This document shows positions 9,469-19,399 of a stretch of 38,454 nucleotides of DNA, one piece after another. The DNA lies in NCBI GenBank assembly GCA_023334545.1, contig JAADVB010000184.1, positions 1 to 38,454 on the forward strand, written 5' to 3'. Below the pieces are notes generated by a model. That model ran no database searches. It was not told the DNA's origin and worked only from the letters and a program-made list of their open reading frames with translations. Origin of the DNA: Salisapilia sapeloensis CBS 127946. Its lineage: Eukaryota; Protista; Oomycota. Numbering within the stretch: the first letter of the stretch is position 1; every line of letters starts with the position of its first letter. Both the position numbers and the translations under genes were made by a program.

Positions 9469-11526
9469 TTACTTGCTCAGTGGTTCGCCCACACGTCTTT
9501 CGGATTCGACCAGACTCTCTCTCGCGCGTTCCATGGACAGCTCGAAACCGTCGTCAAAGAATCCGTATCCCATACTCGGTCTCTTCTTGGCTGGCGATCC
9601 GTTTTCCACCACTTCCGATCCATTGTTGTTGTTCTTGGTATTCGGAAAGCGCAGTTCATCTTCTTGAAGCAGCAGATCTTGTATCTTCAAGAGATACTTT
9701 TCCAAATTCTCCAAGTATCTTGCTGTCTGCCGATGCTTGGAGCTGGCACAGAACTGGATGCCTTCGTCCTTGATGATGTAGCCGATGCCAAAGCCATCTG
9801 CCACGACCGGTCCAAAGCCAAAGAGACGGAGGCTCGGATTACCACAGTTCGATGTGCTCAGGACGGAGTGGTTGATCGCCTTCCATCCATCATCTAAAAA
9901 GATACCCGGTTTGTCAGCCGCTCCCTTGTCCTTGTTCTTCAAATCGTACAGGCATTCGAGGGCAAACAGGTGCCGTTCCACACCTTTGCCTTGCGCGCAA
10001 TCTCTCGTGATAGCCACTTGGGCTTGAATGGCAGCACGCAGCGCATCGAGCTTGGCTATGTCCGATGCGTCGGTGGAAAAGAAGAGCTCGACAAATCGCT
10101 TTGCGTCTTTTGTCATGGAACGAGCAGCCTCCGTGCGACCGTGCAGGAATAGCTTCGTCAGCACAGGCTCATACACGTTCGGTGTTTCTCCATACTGGAA
10201 CATGTAAGCTGCTACGAAAGCGATTTGGACGAACGCATCGGGACTCATGTTATGCTGCGTGATGAAGAGCTTGCCAAAGCTCGTGAACTCGAGCACTGCG
10301 ACTTCGTTTTGCAGTATCAAGTCGCTCAACTTGGCTTCAGCGAACTTGATGCCGCGTTGAATGTCGGGCGTGAGCTCCCACTTGAGTTTCCGAGGCATGA
10401 CATTGGGCTTTGTCTGGTTCTCCGAAGCGTTTTGTGGCGCGCGGTAGGAAGCTTTGAGGAAAGCATAGTCACCTGCACGAATCGTCTGAGCGAATCGGAT
10501 GATTGTGTCCGTGTACACATCCGATACGAAGCGTAGGACGGTGTGTCCGTCGACGAAAGCGTGCTCAAAGTTGACGCCAGCAGCTCCGTTCTCACACACG
10601 ATGATCTGGAGCTTGTCGTACCACCTGTTCATGCACGTACCGAGCTGGACGCCACTGTTAATGTTGTACGTGCCATGCAAGGCCGTGGAAGCAAGTGCCT
10701 GTCCATCCTTTGGAGATGTGTCATCTAGACAGACGAGGAATAAGGCACTATCAAGCACCTTGAGGTTCTCGCCGTTCAGTTCCGAGAGCGAAGCGCGATG
10801 GGCTGCCCACGTACCTCGGTGCTCGGTCGTGAGGACACCTACGGCATTGGACGCAGCATCGACATTCTTCTCCTTCTCGGCGTGCTCCTTGATGGCTTTC
10901 AAGTTGGACACGAGCTCTCGTTCGGTGATGGCCGTGACGCCATCCTCCCACATCACATCAAAGTAGTAAAACTGGTTTCGACAGAGGACAACGATATGAC
11001 GGCTATGTTCGTCCACGAACGCTTCGTCCTTGTCGGCTGTCGGCATACGTGCACAGCCGAAGAGACGAGAGTACTGGTACATGCACAAGGCTTTATTACC
11101 ACGCCACATATCCGGCTCGAGCGTTCCTTGACGCAAGGCATGGACAAACTTGAGAGACCCGAGCGTGAGGGAAGCTGCTCGATTGATCTGATGGTTTCGA
11201 GACGGCGTCGGATCATCTTCCAACACGAAGAATGGGTTCACGTTTAAGACGACGGAGCCTTTAGCATTCAAATACGCTTCGTACCAAAAGTCTTCAATGT
11301 ACGAAGCCTTGTCTTTTGCATACTCTTGCAATTGCTTTTGCAATTCCGGGCCATCTTGCTGTAAGAATCGCTCTACTTCCTTCCTAGTCCGATCGTAGTC
11401 GTCGGAAGACTGGATCGGTTTGAGGAATTGGAGATACTTTTTACAAGTCTCTTCCAACGCTGGGATGGGCAACTTGGGCAAGTCGTTCTGATGCTTGAAC
11501 GTAAGGCTTTCCGTCGATGTCGACAT
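9469..11526 (-). CDS. Choline/carnitine O-acyltransferase family protein (fungal Yat1-like carnitine acetyltransferase), 685 aa
   Basis: LPKLPIPALEETCKKYL N-terminus, NRWYDK, catalytic FEHAFVDG, carnitine-binding LSTSNCG, FGPVVADGFGIGY; single long ORF. Confidence 0.93.
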   Translation of the reverse strand: MSTSTESLTFKHQNDLPKLPIPALEETCKKYLQFLKPIQSSDDYDRTRKEVERFLQQDGPELQKQLQEYAKDKASYIEDFWYEAYLNAKGSVVLNVNPFFVLEDDPTPSRNHQINRAASLTLGSLKFVHALRQGTLEPDMWRGNKALCMYQYSRLFGCARMPTADKDEAFVDEHSRHIVVLCRNQFYYFDVMWEDGVTAITERELVSNLKAIKEHAEKEKNVDAASNAVGVLTTEHRGTWAAHRASLSELNGENLKVLDSALFLVCLDDTSPKDGQALASTALHGTYNINSGVQLGTCMNRWYDKLQIIVCENGAAGVNFEHAFVDGHTVLRFVSDVYTDTIIRFAQTIRAGDYAFLKASYRAPQNASENQTKPNVMPRKLKWELTPDIQRGIKFAEAKLSDLILQNEVAVLEFTSFGKLFITQHNMSPDAFVQIAFVAAYMFQYGETPNVYEPVLTKLFLHGRTEAARSMTKDAKRFVELFFSTDASDIAKLDALRAAIQAQVAITRDCAQGKGVERHLFALECLYDLKNKDKGAADKPGIFLDDGWKAINHSVLSTSNCGNPSLRLFGFGPVVADGFGIGYIIKDEGIQFCASSKHRQTARYLENLEKYLLKIQDLLLQEDELRFPNTKNNNNGSEVVENGSPAKKRPSMGYGFFDDGFELSMERARESLVESERRVGEPLSK

Positions 11527-12974
11527 GGAGGAGAGAGCTATGGGCGATCGGAAGGTAGATATGGAATGCCGAGGATAGAATAAGGATTAAAAGTTGCGTT
11601 TTACATGTTGTTTATCTAGACTTAAGCCAATCAACGCGCTTCCTCTACGCAACTTCAACTTTAAGTAGCTTATCCGGCGGTGCGCAAGTACATGCTACTG
11701 GCATCTCGGCCGGCGCAATGTTCCATCTCGACGAGTACATGTAGAACAAGAGTCATTGGGAGGGGTCGAAAGGGGCGACTGGATGTTGACGTGTATCATC
11801 GAGATGCGTCGCTGTCAAAATTTCGACGTGCTGTCTTCAACCGCCACCATCTTCTGCATGGACTTGGTGCTTGTGGTACGGCGTACCCTCGGGAGATCCG
11901 ACTGAAATTTATAGTGTCAGGGCGCGGCCGCGTGCGTCAAGAGGCACTTCCTTCGTATTCGAGCAAGAGTGGCCCATCCTATCTGATTCATCGAGCGGAC
12001 ACTTGGGGTCGCGTGCGTAGACAGTCGAGACAAGCGCGTCGAGTGTTGCATCAGTTTTTACATCAAGATATGCTTAGCATGGTCACGGATACGATCTACA
12101 GAAAGCCAGGAGTCCATCAACGCGTCAATTGGTCGATGCACATGATGTCGTCGTCCGGTTGAAGCTGCCCGATCTGAAAATTCCCCCAGTCCCGAGCAGC
12201 AAGGTTCAGACTCGGCGACAATAATTCGAGATCCTACTATAGGATCGACTTACGTTGCAAATATTTGGGTGGTGAGCGAGTTGTCGTCGCGGGCGCCACC
12301 TGGCTCGAGTTTGATCATTCATGCGGCAATTGAAGTTGTTTGACAAGGCACGTAGAGCCAGATCGGTCGACTGGTACTTTTGCATTGCATTCTCTGCGAT
12401 AGGTAGACAGTAGACAAGTAGATACCTGCGCGTCCCAACGTGACCTGGCTCAGCGTCCATGTTCCTAGTAGAGCATCGGTGCGAACTAACTCGTTGAGGT
12501 GATAATCAGCAATTTGGTTGTTGCAGGTAGCTCGCTACTCACGATGAAGGGAGCTTCCAAAGCTGCAAGGATCTACCCACCACAATGCGCGCTCGATCTC
12601 TGCCCCGTTTCTACATGCGACTGTCACAGCAGGCTCTTGACCAGCACCAAAAATTCTGTTGAATTTCGCCACTCTACTACGCGTAGACCATCAAGTCGCA
12701 CCCTGATCGCACCGTCCTCTACCTCGTAGTCCTTGTCCAGTCGATCCCCTCTGTTGTCCGCCGTCAAAGCGGCTAAAAACAGCAAACTGCAGCAACCCTG
12801 GCTCTTTTCTATGCCGAGGTTAGCTAACTTTTCCTGCATTTCTGCTTCGAAGTGATTGGTTAAAATTCGGGGACCAGTCAGCCTCCTGCTATTCTTGTGC
12901 GACAGCACAATCGCATACAAAAAGCAAGACAAGCAGCGACGACGCTCTCGGGCCGTCCTCGCCAGGCCACTTTA

Positions 12975-12990
12975 TCATTTCGCGAGTTGC
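12975..12990 (+). promoter_or_regulatory. Putative INR/FPR core promoter of the H+-ATPase gene
   Basis: TCATTTCGCGAGTTGC about 80 nt upstream of ATG 13060; a reverse CCAAT (gtgattggtt) lies at about 12851-12860. Confidence 0.4.
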
Positions 12991-13059
12991 CCGCCGTAAG
13001 CGACACTGCCTCCCAGTTCTTCTGACCAGGTCTTCTCGAGAAACGCCACACCGCCAACC

Positions 13060-16000
13060 ATGGCGGCGAATAACAGTTATATGTCCATGGCCACGCCCAA
13101 CGACACCAAAAACTATGTCAACGACGCTGGTCAGACCCAATGGGGCTCCATCCCACTCAACGCAGCGCTCGACAAGCTCAAGACGAGCCGTGAAGGTCTC
13201 ACGTCCGACGAAGCCCAGAAGCGTCTCGATGAGTATGGACCCAACAAGCTCCCGGAAGAAAAGACCAACAAGCTTGCGCTCTTCTTCTCTTTCATGTGGA
13301 ACCCGCTCTCGTGGGCCATGGAAGTCGCTGCCATCATTGCCATCGTCCTCTTGGATTATGCCGATTTTGCGCTCATCATCTTCCTGTTGCTACTGAACGC
13401 CGTCATTGGGTACCTCGAAGAGGTCCAGGCCGGTGACGCTGTCTCGGCGCTCATGGGCCAGCTCGCCCCCGAGGCCAAGGCCATCCGTAACGGTGAAATC
13501 GTTAACTGCCCGGCTGACCAGCTCGTCCCTGGTGATGTCATCCGTGTCCGTCTCGGAGACGTCATCCCAGCTGACCTCAAGTTCCTTGAGGGTGATGAGC
13601 TCAAGGTGGACCAGTCTTCTCTGACTGGTGAAGCCTTGCCGGTGACCAAGCGTGAGGGAGACGAAGGTTACTCTGGCTCTGTTGTCAAGCAGGGTGAGAT
13701 TGAAGCTGTCGTTACCTCTACGGGTATCAACACGTTCCTCGGACGTGCTGCTGAGAAGGTCGGCTCTGCTGAATCTCACGGTCGTCTGCAGATGGTGCTG
13801 ACGACTGTCGGTAACTTCTGCATGGTCTCCATCATCTTCTGGTGCCTCATTGAGCTTATCGTGCAGCTTGGTGGCCGATCCCGTGAGAACCCGTGCTACA
13901 TCACGCCGGATGGATGCCTCGGTGTCGCCAACATTTTGGTGCTCATCGTCGGTGGTATCCCTGTTGCCATGCCGACGGTGCTGTCTGTCACGCTTGCCAT
14001 TGGTTCTGGTGCCCTCGCCAAGCAGAGCGCTATCGTTACGCGTCTCACCTGTATTGAGGAAATGGCCTCCATGGAGATTCTGTGCTCTGACAAAACTGGT
14101 ACGCTCACGCTCAACCAGCTCTCTGTCGACATGGACAACTTGATCCCGTACAATGACTTCCCGACTGACGACATCCTCAAGTACGCGGCCCTCTCTGCTC
14201 GTCTCGAGAACAACGAAGCTATCGATATCGTCTGCTTCAACTCATACCCGGAAAAGGACTCGGTCAAGGACCGCTTCGAAGTGCTCCACTACACTCCGTT
14301 CGACCCCACAACCAAACGTACCATTGCCAAGCTCAAGGACAAGGAAACCGGCGAGATTTTCCGTGCTTCCAAGGGTGCCCCGCAGGTCATCCTCGACATG
14401 GATGTTGACGCTGAAGGCCTCCGCTCTGAAGTAACCGAGCGCATTGACGAATTCGCTTCCCGTGGTTACCGTGCCCTCGGTGTTGGTCTTGACCGCTCCG
14501 GTGACTGTGCGTTTGAAGACTGCAAGTTCAAGCTTGTTGGTCTTCTTCCGTTGTTCGACCCTCCGCGTCACGATACGGCTGACACGATCAAGAAGGCCAT
14601 CCACCTTGGTGTCGCCGTCAAGATGGTCACTGGTGACCAGCGTGCTATTGCCATTGAGACGTGCCGTCAGCTCGGAATGCCAACCAACATCCTTGACACT
14701 TCTTTCTTCAACCAGACCAACGGCCCGACGGGCATGAACCTCGCCCAAATGGTCTACGACACCGATGGTTTCGCCCAGGTGTTCCCGGAACACAAATTCG
14801 ACATTGTGAAGCACTTGCAATCGCTTGGCAAGGTTGTTGGTATGACTGGTGACGGTGTTAATGACGCTCCTGCTCTTGCACAAGCTGACATTGGTATCGC
14901 CGTCGATGATGCTACGGACGCCGCCCGTGCCGCTGCTGATATTGTGCTTGTCTCGCCTGGTCTCAGTGTCATTATCACTGCCATCCGCATGAGTCGTGAG
15001 ATCTTCCTTCGTATGAAGAACTACGCTATGTACTCGATCGCTATGACCGTCCGTATCGTCTTCACCTTTGGTATCTTGACGGTCGCCTGGAACTGGTACT
15101 TCCCCACGATCCTCGTCGTCGTCTTTGCCATCCTGAACGATGGTACGATCCTTACGATCTCCAAGGACAACGTCAAGCCGTCTCCGTTCCCGGATTCGTG
15201 GAAGCTCAAGGAGGTGTTCATTGCCTCCATCGCCTTCGGTATCTGGCTTTCGATCTCGACCATTGTCATGTTTGCCGTCATCAACAACTCGGCTGGTTTC
15301 TCTGGCGCTGGTGTGGAAAACCTCTGTGTTGGATGCGCCAAGGACCACTGCGAGGACTTCTTCCAGCAGCAGTACCGTGAGTGCACCATGAACAACAACG
15401 CCACTGGCTGTGGTGAAATGGACGGATCTATCTACAAGCAGGACGACACGAGCCTGACGGACATTGGTGACTTCCGTAAGAAGATTGTTAACGACTACTG
15501 GAAGTCTTACGAGAAGGAGTACGACCAGAACCGTGAGGACGTCTTCAACGACCTACCGGACCTCCACTTGACGGACCTCGACACGGCGGATGAGCCGACC
15601 ATCGACGAGGCCTACAACCAGTACCTGTACCAGTACACGGTTGGCCAGGGCGGCAAGTCCTTTGGCAGCGGTGACTACGAAGTGTACGACGCTGCCATGC
15701 GCGGCGAAGGTGTCGAGTTTATCGGCCGCCAGCTTGTGCCTGTCACGAACGAAGTGTCGTTCTGTGACTACATGTGGACGTACTCGAACTTCAACGAGAC
15801 GTGGACGCGTAACTACGACACGATCGGCCCTGGCCAGGAGCGCAAGGAAGCCGTCATCCGTTCGCTCGTGTACATGCAAGTGAGTATCTCTGGTCAGGCG
15901 CTGATTTTCATCACGCGTACGGCCGGTGCCAACACGTGGTTCTTCCTCGACAAGCCGTCCAACCTTCTGCTCGTCGCCTTCATCGTCGCCCAGATCGTTG

Positions 16001-16281
16001 CCTCGGCCATTGGCTGGGTCGGATTCGGCGGATACCCTGTCGATCGTGTCGCTGTCATCGGTGCCGGCGGTGGATACACGCTCGTTGCCTGGATTTGGGC
16101 CATCGTGTGGCAGATTCCGTTGGACATGCTTAAGTTTGCCGTGAACTACTTCATCCACAAGGGTGACGAGACGTATGCGAACCAGGCCTTCACCACGCGC
16201 ATCAACGCTGGTCACCCGACGCAGAGCCACTCGATCGTGACGAACGAGCAGCGCTCGATCCGTGCGAGCCGTACGGTCTAA
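13060..16281 (+). CDS. PMA1: Plasma-membrane H+-ATPase (P3A), oomycete type with large extracellular insertion, 1073 aa
   Basis: GPNKLPEEK, CSDKTGTLT phosphorylation site, KGAPQVI, FDPPRHDT, MTGDGVNDAPAL, proton-acceptor ILNDGT, TM8 YMQVSISGQALIFITR. Strong C/T-ending codon bias suggests high expression. Confidence 0.97.
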   Translation: MAANNSYMSMATPNDTKNYVNDAGQTQWGSIPLNAALDKLKTSREGLTSDEAQKRLDEYGPNKLPEEKTNKLALFFSFMWNPLSWAMEVAAIIAIVLLDYADFALIIFLLLLNAVIGYLEEVQAGDAVSALMGQLAPEAKAIRNGEIVNCPADQLVPGDVIRVRLGDVIPADLKFLEGDELKVDQSSLTGEALPVTKREGDEGYSGSVVKQGEIEAVVTSTGINTFLGRAAEKVGSAESHGRLQMVLTTVGNFCMVSIIFWCLIELIVQLGGRSRENPCYITPDGCLGVANILVLIVGGIPVAMPTVLSVTLAIGSGALAKQSAIVTRLTCIEEMASMEILCSDKTGTLTLNQLSVDMDNLIPYNDFPTDDILKYAALSARLENNEAIDIVCFNSYPEKDSVKDRFEVLHYTPFDPTTKRTIAKLKDKETGEIFRASKGAPQVILDMDVDAEGLRSEVTERIDEFASRGYRALGVGLDRSGDCAFEDCKFKLVGLLPLFDPPRHDTADTIKKAIHLGVAVKMVTGDQRAIAIETCRQLGMPTNILDTSFFNQTNGPTGMNLAQMVYDTDGFAQVFPEHKFDIVKHLQSLGKVVGMTGDGVNDAPALAQADIGIAVDDATDAARAAADIVLVSPGLSVIITAIRMSREIFLRMKNYAMYSIAMTVRIVFTFGILTVAWNWYFPTILVVVFAILNDGTILTISKDNVKPSPFPDSWKLKEVFIASIAFGIWLSISTIVMFAVINNSAGFSGAGVENLCVGCAKDHCEDFFQQQYRECTMNNNATGCGEMDGSIYKQDDTSLTDIGDFRKKIVNDYWKSYEKEYDQNREDVFNDLPDLHLTDLDTADEPTIDEAYNQYLYQYTVGQGGKSFGSGDYEVYDAAMRGEGVEFIGRQLVPVTNEVSFCDYMWTYSNFNETWTRNYDTIGPGQERKEAVIRSLVYMQVSISGQALIFITRTAGANTWFFLDKPSNLLLVAFIVAQIVASAIGWVGFGGYPVDRVAVIGAGGGYTLVAWIWAIVWQIPLDMLKFAVNYFIHKGDETYANQAFTTRINAGHPTQSHSIVTNEQRSIRASRTV

Positions 16282-17295
16282 GTTGCGTTTCGTGGTCTGC
16301 GTACGCAAGGGGTTCAATGAAATGGAGGACAAGAGGAAGGCAATGTGGAGGGAAGCCGAAAGCAAGGCTTTCTGACTGTGGAAGTGTTTTACATAGGAAT
16401 GCTCTCCTCTTTCTTACTTGGATATTTCTTTGGATGACTTTGTCAAGCATAAACGAAAATAAACAAAAAAAGACAAATACATAGCTCTACCTTGTACTTT
16501 CATCGATCTTTACATTGAGGGGGGGCTAGTACTCGCTGTATCATCTACCTTGAACGCCTTATCTACGGGGGAGTTGACTGATGAGGTACGTCATGAACAG
16601 AAATCGCTCTAACTCTTGTCCTGATCTCGAAACTTCCGCTTAAACATCAGGATGACTGACCAGACTCCAATGTCTACGACTTACCGCAGGGCGACTGTCG
16701 TGCGCGCTGACACCTGCTTGAAGAGGTGCTCTATGAAAATTTAAGCACAAACCACTCTTCCTATGATGCAGCTACCCTCGCTGGCTTTCTACCCCCAACT
16801 TTTTGCGGAGAATCCAAGGATCGTAGCGAATAGCAACCGAAGTCTGTCTTATGTTTAAAATATAAATGCAACGTGTAGCATATAGGGTCGATCTTGGACT
16901 GTACATATGAAGGTATCTGGTACGACTGCAACTCGAGACCGACATCAGGTCAGCTAGCTAAAAATGACAAATCTTATTCTGCTAAACTATGCGGGATTTG
17001 ATGACATAAGCCACTTTTCACTAATAATAGCATTGTTAAATGCTTCTCTGCTCATGCTCCTACACTCTACGACTGCCACTGTTGACCTGTACGATGTCTT
17101 GTAACTTGGGAACGTCTCATAATTCGTGAATGGCTGATATCCTGCACTTTCAACCTCTTCAATTTACTAAACTTTGTAAATACATCACGGACGATATCAG
17201 ATCAACGGGAAAACCACAAGAGTATGCAGACTTATTTATCTACTAGACCAATGCAATTCGATTCTTGAGATTTATGACCATAAAGTCGGCCCCGT

Positions 17296-18159
17296 CTATT
17301 CATCCAAGATGAAGGCGAGACTCATCTTATCACTTCGACCCATCTGACTGCGTTCTTGCGTCTGCATGTGCTCATCACGAGATGCCTGATCGCTGCTTTC
17401 CATAACGCAGTTTGGAGGCGCCATCGCAGATACAACTGCATTCAAAATTCGGGTTGCAACTTGGACAGAATAGCCAGCCTGCAGCAATCCACCGAAGATG
17501 TCAATATCGATGTCGACGTGAGAAAGCTTGGCAATTTCCGTGAACCAGAGAGAGATAAAGCCTTCATACCTTATACGATGGTTTATTTTCCACTCGATAA
17601 CGTTCTCATCGATTTGGTTGCGATAGAGCGCCTTGCGAAGTTCATCATCTTGAGTTTGGTGCTTGATCAACACGCGCGCAACGACTACAGGCCGATCCTC
17701 TAGCCACCATACTTCCATACGCTGCTCTAAGATGTTAAATTCCATCACGGCGAAATAAGCGCAACAGGCTTCAAACGTTCCGATGGTATATGGATCTCCA
17801 GAACAAGACGATTGGCATGTTGCATCCGGCGAGATTACTTTCGCGAACAAGTCCTTTTGGATCTTGGTCGTCGATTCGTTCAGTGAGATTAATCGCTCCA
17901 AGTCGGTATTCGCGTTAAATCCAATGCTCTGGAAGAAACTAAGACAGCCTTTGGCGAAGGCCATTAATGCTGTCTCCAAGCTACCATTATAATGGTTCTG
18001 CTTTTCCAACCTCATCAGTTCTAAAATCTGGACTTGCGCATTAATGGTGGATACATTTCTTGCAAGTGCATCCTCATAAGCTTTCAGACGGACACGGTAA
18101 CGTCGACTCCGTTCTCTATTGAGTTTCGCGCGTCGGCTGCTGCTGTTTTGATCATTCAT
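17296..18159 (-). CDS. Oomycete-type bZIP transcription factor, about 287 aa
   Basis: Basic region RRAKLNRERSRRYR (N-x7-R) followed by a short hydrophobic heptad, long oomycete-style C-terminal domain and terminal MSLAFIL motif. Start placed at 18159 rather than 18300 because an INR/FPR sits just upstream. Confidence 0.7.
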   Translation of the reverse strand: MNDQNSSSRRAKLNRERSRRYRVRLKAYEDALARNVSTINAQVQILELMRLEKQNHYNGSLETALMAFAKGCLSFFQSIGFNANTDLERLISLNESTTKIQKDLFAKVISPDATCQSSCSGDPYTIGTFEACCAYFAVMEFNILEQRMEVWWLEDRPVVVARVLIKHQTQDDELRKALYRNQIDENVIEWKINHRIRYEGFISLWFTEIAKLSHVDIDIDIFGGLLQAGYSVQVATRILNAVVSAMAPPNCVMESSDQASRDEHMQTQERSQMGRSDKMSLAFILDE

Positions 18160-18183
18160 CTTGTTATGTGCCTTCCAAGAGCT

Positions 18184-18197
18184 GAAATACGGAATGA
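18184..18197 (-). promoter_or_regulatory. INR/FPR core promoter of the bZIP gene
   Basis: Minus strand TCATTCCGTATTTC closely matches the oomycete TCATTYYNNAWTTY element, 25-38 nt upstream of ATG 18159. Confidence 0.55.
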
Positions 18198-18650
18198 ATT
18201 TCCAACTTTGCGAGTCAATTTTGCAAGAAAACTTCATAGATGTGTCCTCGATATCGTTGAGTGAAGAATGGAAATAAGAGCATCGAATCCAAGACCCCAC
18301 CTCATAGAAATCTGGTATTTCGAACGGACTAACGTAGGTTGGGACGAGGTAGGAACGACCTTATTTGAATTCCGATCCCATCGCACGACTCAAAGTATTG
18401 GCGGAGGCAGATTGGGCTTTTTATCCTGAGTCAGAGCACGTCTGCTATTTGTAGCTTTCACTACCTATAAGGGCATAAAAGCCTCAATTTTCGGTTGTTA
18501 ACAAAGTGTAAGTTGAATCACTTTGCATTATACAAACATGCAAAGATGTGCTTCATTTCCGTTGATACAACCACGTTTGTGCATATCTACCGCACCTGCT
18601 TCCATCAGTCCGAGCTCGCTATGTAGTCTATCTACCAAAACAAGAGATGA

Positions 18651-18664
18651 GGCACTATAGTGCC
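18651..18664. repeat. Perfect 14-bp palindrome
   Basis: ggcactatagtgcc is its own reverse complement. Confidence 0.8.
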
Positions 18665-19399
18665 CAACTTGCAGTAGCTGACACGACAATTTCCATCGAC
18701 CCATACGGCTATAACTACTTTACTGGTCTATCTGGAGCATCTGTATGGATTGCTTGACTACAATGAGGCATTAAACAAGGTGTACATCTAATAAGGTGCT
18801 AGCTAGAAGCTATATGGTCGAAAGAGATATTGTTTACTCGGAGAGCAGGCTTAAGGTCTTCGACTTAAGCTATTTGGACGATGGAGCTAGAAGCGCTTCG
18901 ATTACGAGAACAATCGAGATCGTAGGACAAAGCGTAGATCTTATTCACGCACATGCTCGCAAGGCGCTGGCTCGCATCTAACAAATGGTATAAAAACGAC
19001 ACCAAAGAGGTTGGTCTCTTGCCCGCAAAGAAAGCGAAAGGACCTTTTAAACTCACTGATAAAAGTAAAGAAAGAAGTTGATGCATCCACACACACAGCG
19101 TGGAAACGTAGAAACCTTTTAATAAAGTAGAGTTTAGAAATACCTGTTACCTCATTATCAGTCAGGATACTTTCAACATAAAGACATGTGAATCTTCCTA
19201 TCTACTTTAAGACGAGATAATCTTCTCAAGCTACAAGATCTACATCTCCATGTTAAATCGACCACCAAACGCTCCATCAAGGAAAGTATGTTTGTCATCA
19301 CGAACAGCAGTACGACAAAAGCATTGCTGATCTACCTTTTCAAATATCTTGTAAAAGACAATCTGTCAATATATTAAATTTCGTACTAAACGCGCGAAA

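Noticed and set aside
3375-11526. AROM, APH-1 and carnitine acyltransferase as a metabolic gene cluster
   Set aside because: No pathway link and no tailoring or backbone enzymes; consistent with ordinary dense gene packing.
12996-13029. Possible 34-nt 5' UTR intron (gtaagc..ctgaccag) before PMA1
   Set aside because: Much shorter than the 57-84 nt introns seen here and the branch point directly abuts the AG; needs cDNA evidence.
14242-15348. 368-aa antisense ORF (also 15553-16365, 270 aa)
   Set aside because: Shadow of the strongly codon-biased H+-ATPase on the opposite strand; no independent motifs.
16579-16659. C/D-box snoRNA-like TGATGA..CTGA arrangement
   Set aside because: No convincing terminal stem, and the short rRNA-like complementarity is not positioned next to a D or D' box.
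18160-18300. 47-aa N-terminal extension of the bZIP ORF
   Set aside because: Starts at GTG and contains the INR/FPR element, so it is probably promoter and 5' UTR.
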